Source: Chrysomallon squamiferum
Taxonomy: Eukaryota; Animalia; Mollusca
Length of the DNA: 64,000 bases
Direction of reading: 5' to 3'
Assembly (NCBI GenBank): GCA_012295275.1
Contig: CM022665.1
Location: forward strand, 17,794,001-17,858,000
In this document: positions 13,100-27,237 of the stretch, piece after piece
How the letters are laid out: each line of letters begins with the position of its first letter
Position numbering within the stretch: position 1 is the first letter of the stretch
The notes under the pieces: model-generated
The model's input: only the letters and a program-made list of their open reading frames with translations
What the model was told of the DNA's origin: nothing
The model's database searches: none
Translations under genes and position numbers: made by a program

Positions 13100-13469
13100 C
13101 CCCTTCTGTCCCGATGAACTATAACCTCAGGTCAAAGTTGAAAAGATGCTCGGAAGTACACCATTTTCGTTGTTGTGAAATTTGACGCCTTCAAGAGCGA
13201 AGGTAATGCAAAGTCAGTTTTTTTTTTTTTTTTTTTCCTTTATTTTTTTTTTTTCTCATTCATGAAATCGTCTGAAACATGTTGCTTATACTTAGAGTTT
13301 GTTTCACTGATGCAAGAAAACGTCTTCTTCCGTAAAGCACGCAAACAAACAGCACTGAAAAAGTTCACACATTTTACTTTTTTTTTCTTTTACTTTTTTC
13401 TTCTTTTTTTATAAACAACTTGAGACAAACTTTGAGTGACTGCATATAAAACACACTTTGACTGCAAAG
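13100..13469 (+). promoter_or_regulatory. Candidate promoter and non-coding first exon of the alpha-arrestin gene
   Basis: CpG-richer patch, CACGTG at 13042 and 13504, strong AAG|GTAAGG donor at 13470. The first coding exon has an acceptor 13 nt before its ATG, so an upstream exon is needed. Also present at about 8350-8701. Confidence 0.4.
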
Positions 13470-13787
13470 GTAAGGTTGTTAATCTGATTTGTTTTCAGTT
13501 TGACACGTGGTTTGGATGTGAGTTCAATATGAAAATTTAAAGCGAGAAAATTATTAATATCGTAAATATCCGTACATGTTTGTAATTGGGATTTCGCGGT
13601 TATTTTAAGTTTTTAATTTTATTATTATTATTATTATTAAAATTACAATAACAAAATATAAAGAATAAATATAAAAAATACAAATGCAAAATATTATTAT
13701 TATTAAAATTATGTTTTTATATGTACATCAAGCAGTCAGGTTAAGATATATAACTATGGCAAACAGTTATTTGATCCCAATAAATTA

Positions 13788-13857
<70 letters not shown>

Positions 13858-14702
13858 ATGATTGTTTTAAACACTTCTCTGTGACAGGTTTTATTTTTAA
13901 AATTTAACCAAATAGTCTTTTTTTTTTTTTTTAAACCATATTTAACAAACATTTTTTTTCTTCTTCTTTTTTTTTTAAAGAAAAAAATGTAATATTAACT
14001 GTTCATTTGTTCACTTTGAAATGAATGCACTAGAATTAAGATGGAAGAATGATATTGTTTACATCAACAAAACAAGGTTATGCCCTGAGGGTTATTGATA
14101 GCTTATGTGAGATTAGTAATATAACATCAGTTGAATATGTCTGAATAAGATATAACTAAAATAAATAATTTAAAAAAAACAAAATGGTTTTTGTTCAAAA
14201 AGATACTTTTTTTAATTTAAAATGTATATTATAAGATATGTCATTGTTTTTAAAAGATATGATGTGGGTTTTTCCCAATCCTGTTTACCATAAAGTGTTT
14301 TACAACAAGGTCTTTGAAAAACTTTTATTTTAATTACTCTCTTAACTTCTTTTTATACAGATCTCTTTCTTTCTCTGTTAACAAGTTTTCAGAGTTTTGG
14401 TTATCTCTGTTAAAGAGGTTAACATGTTAGATATATTTACTGTTGTTACCTCTGATTCCTATGACATGTCAAACTTCTGATTTGTTAATTATTTTATTTT
14501 AGTCTTTCAGTCTTTCAGAAAAAAAGGAAGATAATAATAATAATAATAAAATAAATTAAAATAAATGAAATGATACAATTCTATTTATTAAAAAAATAAT
14601 AATAATACTGATTATTTTGACATTTCAAAATAGTGCTGGAAGAATTTTTAATATTAGTTTTATTTGTTTTGTATTTAAGCTTCAGATTTTTAAATTGTTT
14701 CC

Positions 14703-14780
<78 letters not shown>

Positions 14781-15069
14781 GTATATATGTATGTTTGTAT
14801 ATATATGCATCTTTGGATGTATGTATGATTCAATCCATATGTCCGACAGTATTAACACACACACACAAACACATATATTAACACAGATACTGATATGTCA
14901 GTGAGTATGTGTGTTATTTGTAGCAGCCTTGCAGCCAGGCACGTCAGTAATTTAAAAAATAATCATCATATTCTGATAAAACACTGATAGAGCCACTTGT
15001 TCTGATAATCTTCATGTTTATTATCATATACATATGATTAAAGTGGAATATATGAATATGAATTTAACT

Positions 15070-15290
15070 ATCATCTGGGCCAAACCACTTGCCTGATATG
15101 ATGGATTGGATTGCAATATCAGTCCTTTTTGGTATGACCTTTTGCCCATTCCAACAAGTACTGCAGCTTTGTCAAAAGGTCACTGTATGTTCTTATCTAC
15201 CCATAAGGCAGAACATTCACAAAATCCCTTGCTGTTAATATAAAAGAGTAACTCTTAGAGTGGCAGCAGCAGATTCTTTTCTTGTGACAT
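15070..15290 (+). mobile_element. Decayed SINE copy
   Basis: Shares motifs (cccattcca, atcccttgctgttaat, aaaagagta) with the copies at 40640 and 55394. Confidence 0.55.
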
Positions 15291-16714
15291 GATTAAAAGA
15301 AAAGAAAAGAAAAAAAGATATCTAATAACCTTTAATATTGAAAAATGTGTAAATTGAAATTCATTCACTGATGTTTACTTCAGAATTTTAAATTAATATT
15401 GTCCTTTTGATTACATTTTCTGATCAAACTACTTTACCAGTGGTTTGGTCACCCCTTGACATAAAACTGGATACTGACATTCCTTCTGAAACAGTTTTAT
15501 GTTTAAAAAAAAAAAATTAAAAAAATTAGAAACAAATAATTTCTGAATTTAATGTTCAGCAACAATTTTTCCCAGACTGCTATTTGCTGCAATTCTTTCT
15601 TGCAGATGAATGAGGCTTCTTTGTTGTTTTCATAAATCTATTGTTTAAGCTAATGCTCGTGGTACATCTACAGCAGTTTAAAATAATTTTCATCTTCTAA
15701 TTAAGACACGTTTAACTTTCACCTGTTAAATGCATTTTACCTGTATGCTTACACAAATGTATTGCAATACCTGTACAGACACACTCACACCTTTCTGAAA
15801 AAAAGCTTTACCAATGTTTTTTTTTTTTTTTTTTTCTAATATATACATGAATAGGTGTGTTTTGTGTTAGTTTGTTTTCTTTTTAGTGCGTTCCTGACAT
15901 GGTAACATCTGTTTCAAGACATTAATTTGTTCAGAACAAATCTACTGAGGTATTCAACGATTTTAATGTACATTTATTCTGTTAGGCTCAGCATTCTGTT
16001 GTAAATATGTGAATAAAATACTTGTCTAATCAATTTGCTGAAGGTTAGCTTCTATTTATTTTGTTTTGCTTATTTTTAAATTTTTTAAATGTTATTTATT
16101 AAATATGTAGTTAGTAATTAACAATATCTACATTATTATTTTTATCATCTTTATTGCTATTATTAAAATTATTATTACTATTTTCTTATCATCATCATAA
16201 TCATTATTATTGGTATTATTGTTATTTTTTATATCACTGTTACTATTATTATTAATATTATTATTATTATTACAAGTTAAGCTTTTCTTATTAAGATATT
16301 TACTCCATTGGTACTACCAACCATATATTAGATATCTCACATAAACTAGTGCATACTTTCCACAGAATGTTGTCTTGTATACATTATTATAAAAATGTAC
16401 CAGACAGACATACACTTGGATACATCATCTGTTCACACAAAAAATAATATAGAAACCTACCTAAACACAAACATCCATATACATACATACGTCCATTCAA
16501 AACATGATTCACACACATACACACATGCACAATACAGACAGACATGCAGACACACATATACTGAAGAACATAATACAAAGACATACCTATGTATAAACAC
16601 ACAGACACAAACACAAACCAGATTTATTTTTACATAACATGCACACAATCATATACTGGTAATTTATGTGTTCATTATTAACATATATAGGTTATTTACT
16701 CTTTGTACAGAACA

Positions 16715-16762
<48 letters not shown>

Positions 16763-17232
16763 GGCTACATATGCTGTGTATGTCACATTGTTTTGTTGAT
16801 GGTTACTTATGCAGATATTCTCGTATCAGCTTGTGAGGCAGCATGCTATCACCAAACAGCAACTATAAATTATTCATGTTGTTATTTCTTGCTTCATTGG
16901 TCAGTGGTAAGAAAGTTTTCTTTTATTTGTTGGTGACGTAAAAGTCCAGTGTAAACTGATTACTAGAATTATTTATAGAAATCTTTACAAAGTTTTTTTT
17001 TTTTTTTTTTTAATTCACTGAATAGGTAATGATTTCTATTAGTATTAACATTATTATGATTCTATTATTATTATTATTGTTACTGTTATTATTACTGTTG
17101 TTATTATTATTATTATTATAATTTTTATCTTGATGTTGTTGACATTAATGGTGGTTATTATGACGATGATAATTGTTTTTCTTATTGTTCTGATTATGAA
17201 TATGATAATGATTATTATGATTACTGTTATTA

Positions 17233-17830
17233 TGGGGTCAGGGCATTCCCCCCCTGCCGATATTTCCCACCAATTCAATCCCCCCTGGTGATTACCCCTA
17301 GATCATTTCCTCCCCCTGACAATTCCCTCCTGCTTACACAAAAAGGGCAAACATAACAGTGGACAAATCAAAACCAAAGTTAAAGTTTTAAATGAAGCAA
17401 TCACTGCTAATACCAATGAACATACTCATGCACCAACTGTGGGTAGAGCTAAAGTGTTACACATTAGGGCTTCTTTAAAATGCAAGGCTGTAGAGAGTGG
17501 AAGCACCACAACAAATCCTTACTAATGGCATACAAGAAATTTCTGCAGGTAATTATGTATTGAATTTTTTTACTTTTGCTCTGACATTTTGATCACAATC
17601 TTCACCTTGACCACTCACAGCTACATGTCTCGTGCAAATGTAGGTGTCATCATCCAAGTATCTGGCTGTTTCTGGATGTTCCAAAAAAACAACAATCCCT
17701 CAGTGTGTAACACAGTGTGCCAGATACATATCTACAGAGACATCAGGCAGCGGCTTCAGATTCTGCTCACAGACCACGGCAACAGAGATCGCCTGGACAT
17801 CCTCTGTTCACAACCTCCAGATGTAAAATG
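17233..17830 (+). mobile_element. Degenerate FLYWCH-MULE (Mutator-like) transposon relic, internally deleted
   Basis: C-run-rich subterminal repeats at 17233-17332; frameshifted peptides KVKVLNEAITANTNEHTHAP...RASLKCKA/EAPQQIL (FLYWCH end) and CHHPSIWLFLD...QQS/YRDIRQRLQIL...RLDIL/VHNLQM* (MULE C-terminus). Recognised by eye. Confidence 0.7.
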
Positions 17831-18379
17831 TGTCCAAAACATCGTGTAACTACACACAATATGAAATGTTTCAAACAAACAATTTATAGTAACTGTTTTT
17901 TTATATCCAGAATCATTGTTATTATAATTATAATGATAATCTTTTTAATTTTTATTGTTATAATAATAATAACTATTATATATTTCCATAATATTATGGA
18001 TTTCATTAAAAATATACAGAACCCCAATTGATAAAAACACACAAATAAGATGGTCTGAATGTATTTCACTTTACATCTTCAATACAAGATATGTTATTAA
18101 TTTTTCAAAGTTATTATTAATTAACTACTCATTACTACCTCTTTGGTATAAATTTCATTTTTGTTTTGACAAATGTTTTTGCCATTTTATGGACAAGTTG
18201 TTATTAGGAGCAGATATTGTTATCATTACTTCTATAGTACTGTTTATCTCTCTCTAGTGATAAATAAATGAAATTATTATTGCTGTTACCAGCAGTTACA
18301 TTATCATCAATCATTATATACAGGTTGAATCCTCTCCTTTTTCTTTTTAAATGATAATGCACACACACATATAATTATA

Positions 18380-18410
<31 letters not shown>

Positions 18411-19284
18411 ATAATTATTATTATTATTATTATTATTATTATTTTATGGAACAAATAACTGTTTTATACAAATTGATTTTCCATTGAACAAATACAGAAA
18501 TTTTCTTTTTTCTTTTCATTTCTATTTGTTTTATTTGTTTTATTTTCTTCTTATCTTTTTTTATGGAACAAATGATATTAATAATGTCATTAGCACTCAT
18601 TATATTATCATTACCTCTTTAAGCATAGCAAGTTTCACTTACAGTGGACAAATAAAACTATTACTGTTATTACCGGCAGTTATGTTAACATTAGTTCTGG
18701 GCTGATAGCCAGGAACCTTACAAAACATACTCTGATACAGGACAAACAGAGATTATTGCTGGCTACCAGTGTGCTGGTCAGTGTTGGTGATGTGTGGTGA
18801 GTTCTGGCATTGTTTTCTTTCTCATATTGGTGTCAGTGATGTGTGTACACATTGTAGAAGCTGTGTATGTATGTCAAGGTGATGTGGAAGAAAGTCGTCA
18901 ATGAATGTAGGTGATGTAGATGGTGTTTTTTCACCTGTGTCTGGTTGCAGTGGTATTTACTATTTCAGATGATATGTTTGTTTATGTGTGTGTCAATCTC
19001 TTTCTTATCCTTTCTCTACCTTTTTGTTTAATCTATTCAGATTTTTACTCTTACTTCATCTCACTCTCTCCGTCACATTTTGATTTTCTTTTTCAATTTC
19101 TGCCTTTCTGTTTATCTCTCTTTCATTTTCTCTGTCCTTCTCTCTTTTTCTCTCTCTCTGCTTTTTTTTTTCTGTTGAATCCTGTGTCACTGTTTCTCTT
19201 TCTCTGACAGACAGACTCACTTTCTCTCTTTGCTGCTTGATCATTATACATTTTTCTCTTTTATGTATGTAATTTTATGTTAAT

Positions 19285-19940
19285 AGAACTGATATGTAGT
19301 GACTATTAATATAACTGATATGTAGTGACTATTAATATAACTGATATGTAATGACTAGAATTTAGACTAAATATAATAATACAACTGATATGTAATGACT
19401 AGAATTTAGACGAAATATAATAATACAACTGATATATAGTGACTAGAATTTAGAATATAATAATATAATCAATATGTAGTGACTAAAATTTAAACTTTAT
19501 TAATATCACTATATAGTGACTAGAATTTAGACTGTATTAATATCTTTGATATGTAGTAATTAGGATTTAGACTGTAATAATAATATGATATTGATAGAAT
19601 TTAGACTATATTAATACAACCACTATCTAGTGACTAGAATTTAGACTGTAATAATACACGAATATTTAGTGATTAGAACGTAGACTGTAACGATATAAGT
19701 GTTATTTAGTGACCAGACTTTAAACTATACTGAAACAACTGATTTGTAATGATTAGAATTTAGACAATAATAATATCAGGGATATGTATTAACTTGAATT
19801 TAGACTGTAATAATATAGGCCTAACTGATGTGACAAGAATTAAGACTGAATTAGTATCACTGATACATAGTCTCTAGAATTTAGACTTTAAATACAACTG
19901 GTATATAGTGACCAGTACTATGTATTAGTATAATTAATAA
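19285..19940. repeat. ~40-bp minisatellite (aactgatatgtagtgactagaatttagact..)
   Basis: About 15 recurrences of 'gactagaatttagact' variants. Confidence 0.85.
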
Positions 19941-20839
19941 GTACTGAAAAATGCAAGGTTACTCAGTATAGGTTTCTTCAGAAAACAAATGAACACATTT
20001 TCAGGTTTTCAGCTAGAAAACTGGATTTGAATAGTTTATTTATTTTTTAAGTTGTTCTAATGTCTTTTTCTTTCTTTTATTTTCAGTCATGTTTTATATA
20101 CTTTTAAATTTTTATTTGTATTTATATTTTTTCCCCAAAAGCCTTAATTTAAAACAAAATAAATAATAATAATAATAAAAAAGGTGGAACATAACATTTG
20201 TATATAAGTACATGACCCGTACAACTTCAGATATTTTCAAAGAACTTAAGTAACCCAGATATTTTTCAAAAATATTTATCTAATCAAGAAATGAAAAGCA
20301 GATGATATATTATCTGAACTTTGTTGCTTTTGTATATTTGAGTGCACATGTATGTTTTTTAGTTTTCTGATTTTCAGGTCGGCTATGGCTTTGAATTGTA
20401 TCATAAAATATCTACCAAAGCAAAAGGATATATATATATATATTTTAATCTTCATCTTTTATTTCATTCTTTGTTCACAATTTTTCCAAGAATCTTTTTC
20501 ATATTATTTTTTTATTTTTTTTTTTTTTTTTTCTCGGTACTATCAGTATCACAGTAACTGAAAATATTTTAGTTTGACTTTCTTCTCCTTTTTATTTATT
20601 TATTTATTTATTTATTTATTTTTTTTTTTATTTTTTTTTTTTTTTTTTCCACAGTTTTAATGTGAATGATCTTACTGTAGTATATTTTGCAGAATAATAA
20701 TATCATTAACATAACATTTCATAACAAAATACTCCAGGCATAATACCCAGCTACATATACATATATTTTTTACGCACATCAATATTCAAATGTGGTGTTT
20801 GTACTGTGTAATATAATAGGTCTTTAATAATAATGTTAT

Positions 20840-21520
20840 ATATAGGTGTCATGCATGACAGTCATGTCATATCTAAGACAGACAATATCAGAGATATGTA
20901 ATATACATGTCAGTCATGTATCAGGCAGTACCAATTGTGTCATTTGATTTGAATGATGTCATACATAACAGACATATATCATATGTATAATGTCAGTGAA
21001 GCCAATAATAATATTATACATGTCATTCATGTGTCAGGCAAAATTAATTATGCCATATGCAAAGTTGTATCTCACACATAAAAGTCATACGTCATGCTTC
21101 TTAGTCATGTATCATACAAGATACGTCATAACTGTTAGTCAAATGTCATACTTTAAGTCATACATGTCACATGCTTTAGTCATATGACATATGACAGTAA
21201 TATGATATTCATGAGAGTCCATGACAGTCATGTCACACTTGTTACCCATATATCACAATTGTTAGTCATATGTCATACATAACAATCTTATGTTATATAT
21301 GTCACACATGAGTCTTATGTGACAGTTGTTAGTCGTATGTCATACATCACAATCTTATGTTATACATGTGTCACAAATGAAAGTCTTATGTCACAGTTGT
21401 TAGTTGTATGACATACATAACAATCTTATGTTATACGTGTGTCACACATGTGTCACACATAAAAGTCTTATGTCACAGTTGTTAGTCATTTATCACATAT
21501 CACAGTAACATGTTAGACAG
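20840..21520. repeat. Degenerate tgtca/catg-rich tandem repeat
   Basis: Recurrent 'tcttatgtcacagttgttagtcatatgtcatacat' units. Confidence 0.7.
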
Positions 21521-23589
21521 TATCAGTCTAGCACTGGACTTGTCTCTCACCATTTCCTGGCTGTTAGTGAAGCCAATGAGAACTGTTACTGTGATCCGAA
21601 AGGCTGAGAAATCTCTATGATTCAGCTCACATCAGTACTGGCTAGCTGGCCGACTGGCATTATTCATGTGTGAGACCGTCTTGTTACATAGGTTCTGTCT
21701 AAAACACTGCACCATGCGGTTAGTATAAACAGTTTTCTCATTGTTAGACAATCACTGCCTTTGTAATATGTATTTTTTATTTCTGTTTGTTTTATATATG
21801 TGTGTGTATGTGTGTGTGTGTGTGTGTGTGTGTTTATATGATTTTTTTAAAATTATTTCTGTATTATTTTCTTTTTGTTTTAAATACTGATTATATTTTT
21901 AATTCTGTTCTCTTCTTTTGGATACAGATTACATTTTAAAATTATTTTTTCTATTTCTGTTACATGTAGATTAGAATTTTGATTCCGTTTTTTCTTCTTT
22001 TTTTTTGCTATTATAGACATGTTACATTTTTAAATTTGTAATTTTCTTCTCTTTTTGTTTTTGCTATATGTTCAGAAGATAGTAAATGGATAGATAAATT
22101 TTGTTTTAATTAACTTATATATAATTTAATCATTTTTTTTTTTTTGTTACTTAGATATCGATCTGATTTTTAATTATTTCTGTTTTTTCTTTGTTCTTTA
22201 TTATTATTTTTTTAATTCTCTTAGATAAATCAAACATTTAACACTGTTTACTTAGATCATTTAGAAACAGTTTAATCTTTTTTCTTTCTATTCTGATCAA
22301 TTTAAAAGAATGTTTTGTCATCCTTTCATTTTTACTTTCTTACAGTTGATAGAGAAAACGTCATGTGTTTTAATTTTAATCCTTCTGTCTTTCTTTTCTT
22401 GTCGAAATATTGTGAGAATGTGTTTTTATTTATTCATCTTTCTATAATATTTACATATGTAACTTTTCTGTTCCGTTTTTACTCTTTCAAATAAATTAAT
22501 GTTAAACATTTGCATAGATTTAATGTATTTTGGTTTTTTTGTTGATAAATATATTTATATATTTTTTTTTCAATTCCATTGATTAATGCAGTATCTTTTT
22601 TTATTATTATGTAAATAAATTTAACTTGTTCTTTTTTCAAATTTTAAATCTGTTTTAATAAAATGTACAGATAATTCTAATTTTTAAATTATTTATTTTA
22701 TTTCATTTTATTTTATTTTATTTTATTTGACTTGATTTGATTTTAACTACTTATTTATTTATTATTATTAATTATTATTATATTTTTTATTTTGCCATTA
22801 CAAATACCATTATTACTGTGTTTGTTTGTATAAGAATGTATTTATTAATTTATTTTTGTCATGATCTTCATTTAAATGATACATAGATCAGTACATTTTC
22901 TTCTTTCTTTCATTTTTATATATTAATTTTTTATAGTTTCAATTTTTTATTTATAGATTCAGCAATCAATTATTTTTTAATGATTATTATTTTAAATTTA
23001 AATTGCAATATATACCTATTCTTTTTAAACATTTTTATTTCATTTTATATTCACATGTACTTTAATTGTTTGCTTTATTTCCATGATCTTTCTCTTCTAC
23101 ATTGTAAATCCATCACTGTATTCTTTTTGATAACCATTTAATTTTAAAATGTCATGAAAATCTGGTATTCTGGGGTTCTTTGGTAACATTGTTTTTGGAG
23201 TTTTTTGTTTTTTGTTGAGAATATATAAATATATATTCAATTTATATCTATTTCGTGACTCTAAATCCACACAAACACATGAATGCACAGCTGGATTTAA
23301 CAAATGTCTTTTTTTTACTTTTTTGTTCATTTTTTAACGAAATCTTATTTACATATTTAAATTGTAAATCATCTTTATGATTTCAGTTGTAACCACTTTA
23401 ATTTAAAGATGAATTTACATTTATATTTAATTTTGAAATATATTCTTTGGTTTTTCAAATTTTTAAATCTCTTACAAAGTAATCACTATAATACTTCACT
23501 ATATATGTAGTATTATTTGTGACTAGTTCTGTTTGAATGTATTATGAAGATTGTTACTTAATCCACTATAGCAAGTAGTCCACATCTCA

Positions 23590-24000
23590 CTGGTTCTGTA
23601 TGTTTCACTTTTATATTACATAGATAGAAGGCATGTTTCATATTCATATTGATAGATTATGTTTCATTTTTAAATTATCCTGTTGATATAATAACTGTTT
23701 CAGTTTTGTATTATGTTAGAAGACAAGTTTAATTTTTTTTACTGATTGAAGAGGTTCCATTTTTATATTATACTAATAGAAGGCATGTGTTTCATTTTTA
23801 TATTATAGAATGGATTTTTCATTTTTATATTCATAGAAGACGGTTCACTTTTTATGTTATGTTGATACAAGAAATTTCTTTTTTATATTATCATTATGTT
23901 GATATGAGGAAAATGTTTCATTATTATTTTATTTTGATAGAAGTATTCATTGTGCTTATTTTGTTATTATGTTGATAGAAGAAATACTGTTTCATTCTAT
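23590..24000. repeat. Degenerate ~30-bp minisatellite (atgtttcatttttatattatgttgatagaag)
   Basis: Direct reading. Confidence 0.65.
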
Positions 24001-25689
24001 TAGTGTGTAGTTTGTGTGATGCGTATGTGTAATTGTGTGTGTTTGTGTGCATTTGAATATTTGTGTATGTGTGCATGTGTGATTATATTTCTGAGTGAGG
24101 ACTTTATGTACATTATTTATTTTTAATACTCAGTCACAAATGGTGTGTTTGTACAAAATACATTTCTAATAAGTTGATACACATATACATTGACTCTGCC
24201 GAGTGACTCCCTTTAAATGAGGAAAATGACTATTTACTTATGCTGCGACAGCGGTTAAGTGTTCCTCTTGTTACTCTAACAGTTTTAATCAATATGCCAT
24301 TAGTTTTATTTGTCCTGATTGAATTCTTTGTAACACATGTACACTGGATTTACGCAGATCACACCGCTGTTGTAGTCTGCTGTCAGTGTCGAGGTGATTC
24401 TTTTTCAATCGATTTTGTTCCTCAGATTCTTTTTTTTTTTTTTTTAAACATTTTATGTGGCATCTACCTTTGCAAAACATAACTTCCTCATTTTAGATAG
24501 TTTATTTTTGTCTTAGTTTCTTGTTCTTTTTATTTCTTCTTCTCTTCTTCTTTGTCTCTCTTTTTCTTTCTCTTTTTTTCTGTTTCTCTCTAACTTGTAA
24601 AAATTCTGTATTTTTGTTTTATTCTGTTTTATATGTGTTATAGATAAAAAAAATTAAAATGCATTCTTTCAATATTTATTATTATTATTACTTTTTCAAA
24701 TATTTTTAATATTATCATTTTTGTTATAATAATAATTATCATTATACATTTTTATTATTTATTTATTTACTTATTATTATTATTGTTATTATTATTATTA
24801 CATGCTCCATCTTTTCAAAGCTGTTTCATTAATGTATCTGTCTCTCTCTCACACAAACACACCCTCTCTCTCACTCTTGTCTCTTCCGGCGATTTCTTAA
24901 TTTTTTTCTCTAATTTTGTAAAAATCTTTTAAAATATTGTTTTATTATTATTATTTAAAAAAAAAAGAAAAGAAGAAATATTTCAAGTGTTCTCCAATCT
25001 GATCACAAAATAAACACTAAAGGTGTTATAAAATTCCTCTACCCTGTGGTCAAACAGTTACTAAAATTATTCATTTAGATTGCTTTAGCTGCTGTTTGGA
25101 ATGGAAGTCATTCTTTCTGTCACTTTGTCGTCAGCTGACAAGACCAAAACGATATGAAACAAACAAAATTAACACCTGACAAAGACTGATAAGTCAATTA
25201 CTTTGGGCAAAAACATTATTTTTCTGAGCTGAAGAATCTGATCCCCATTTTGTTAGTTACGAGGTTAAGGAACATTGTTAAATTGGGTTCCACTGGTAAT
25301 AAATCTCTTTCATTATTTGATCAATGAGACCCTGCCATGGCAAGGAAGTTTCATTTTCTTCAGTTAAATTTATTTATTTTCAAATCAGTCATAACAGGAA
25401 AAGAAAAAAATTATCATCTTAAATTGGTTTAGTGCATGGAAGAGATTGTGCCAGTATTAAGGATGCTGTTAATGTGAGGAAAACCATATCTTCAGAGTTT
25501 TTGTTACATGTATAAAAACATTATGAAAAATTGGCATATGAAAACATTTACTTAAGTATGGATGTATATTTATATATATATATATATATATTGAGAGAGA
25601 GAGAGAGAAAAAAAAAAGCCATTATAATAATATTCTTGATTCTCTAAAATTTTCTCAAAATCAGTTGAGATTAAAAACAAGCTGGAATA

Positions 25690-25960
25690 GTTTTTATTTA
25701 ACAGGAAAGCATGGTGTGACTAGTTCTGAAAAATAAGAAATCCACTGCCACAAATCAGTTTGCTATTCTTTTCAATTATCATTACGGTATCTTTTATAAA
25801 TCACTATCCATAGATATGAAAACACATACTAACATCTTTGATATACAACTTGAGGATCCTTTATCTGAAATCCCAAATACTTCCTGCTCCAAGTATTTCA
25901 GATAAGAAATCTTCAAGCTATACCAAAAATGCAGCATATACTGGAACTGGAAAAAATCGA
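25690..25960 (-). mobile_element. Decayed SINE copy interrupted by a MITE
   Basis: Reverse complement of the SINE body seen at 40640-40910 (gctattcttttcaattatcattacggtatcttttata...cacatac...ctttg). Confidence 0.55.
25846..25920. mobile_element. 75-bp Tigger/pogo-type hairpin MITE
   Basis: Imperfect ~26-bp TIRs caacttgaggatcctttatctgaaat / atttcagataagaaatcttcaagcta, TA on both sides. Confidence 0.65.
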
Positions 25961-27116
25961 TTTAGATGTAATAAGGATTAATTTACTGTACATATTTTCA
26001 GCTGTTCCTCTGACACCTTTTGATGCTGAAGCTTATTATGATCTAGATGACATTTTTTTCTTAACAATACACCATCCTCCTCATATTTGGTGTTACCAGT
26101 ATTTCATATGTTTATTATTACTAGTATTACATAATGTACATTTGGTATCAATTGTTTTCTGTATTTAATAATATGTAATAATTAACAGTATTTGTTATGT
26201 CTGTTATTGCTGGTATTTCATGATACATATTTAATGCAGCTAATAGTTCCTGTTTTTTTTTAACATATCCTTTGATATTTATAATTAGCATTAAAATGTT
26301 AGTAGTACTAATTGATATACCAGATCATTTATTTATTATGCTTAGAAATGCATATGGATTTTGTTGTTTTCCTGACCAAGGCTTATTATTAAAAAAAAAA
26401 CAGAAAAAAAACACCAATGAAAAATAAAGAATGAAAGAGTATTTAACACATACAAATTAATACACTTATAATATTGGTTTTCTGATAATTTCTGTTCTCA
26501 GGAAACTGAATAAATAATTAGTATTTAGAAAACTACTAGATTTCAATATGTTTATTATTATCAATATTTCGTAACATCTACTGTATTAGTATAAATAGTT
26601 TATGATAATTTTATATCTGGTAATACCAAATTTTTGTTATATGTTCACATTTTCTCTGAAGCATGAATTCTGTGGTCTAGTACACTATGCCAGCAAGGTG
26701 GATGTTAAATAAGAAGAAAGAATTTATATGTAACAAATGTTTATACTTAGTGTTGGGTATCAGGTTTAATACATGAGCAGTAGTGTCACACATACATTAT
26801 ATAGAAACACTGGTTTTGTGAGTGTGGAAAGATTTCTTTTTCTTCCTTTTATTATTTATGTTTTGATATTATTATTACTGTTTTGTTATTGTTATTACTG
26901 TATTATTATTATTACAACTTTTAGTAATTGTTATTGCATCTGTTATTGTTGTTTTGTTATTATTATCATTGTTGTGTTATTACTCTTACACTTATTTTGT
27001 TATTATTATTATTACAACTTTTGTTACTGTTGTTTTGTTATTATTTTATTGCAACTGTTTTATGATTATTATTATTATTACTGTTATGTTGTTGTTCTTG
27101 CAGCCTGTGAAGAGCA

Positions 27117-27237
27117 ATGATGGAACGACTTGAGAAGTTTCAAATAGTTTTCAATGATGCAACTGCCACATACTGCGCTGGCAGCACCGTCTATGGCTAT
27201 GGTTGGGTGGTTGTTAAGGATCCTTTTTACGTACAAA
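27117..27237 (+). CDS. Alpha-arrestin coding exon 1 (MMERLEKFQIVFNDATATYCAGSTVYGYGWVVVKDPFYVQ)
   Basis: cttgcag acceptor ending 27103; F-x-I-x-F...Y-x-x-G-x-x-V-x-G is the Arrestin_N start; A|GTAAGT donor at 27238, phase 1. Confidence 0.85.

Larger units (their letters stand above)
9150..13716 (+). repeat. Near-identical direct copy of 4404-8949 (probable false duplication)
   Basis: Both copies abut the N gap exactly; differences are mostly homopolymer lengths. Confidence 0.9.

Noticed and set aside
13030-13520. ChoRE (MondoA/Mlx element) as in TXNIP/ARRDC4 promoters
   Set aside because: The CACGTG boxes are single and ~460 bp apart, not paired with a 5-bp spacer.
9150-13716. Second paralogous LU gene
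   Set aside because: It lacks exons 1-4, its exons are identical to the first copy, and it starts exactly at the N gap.
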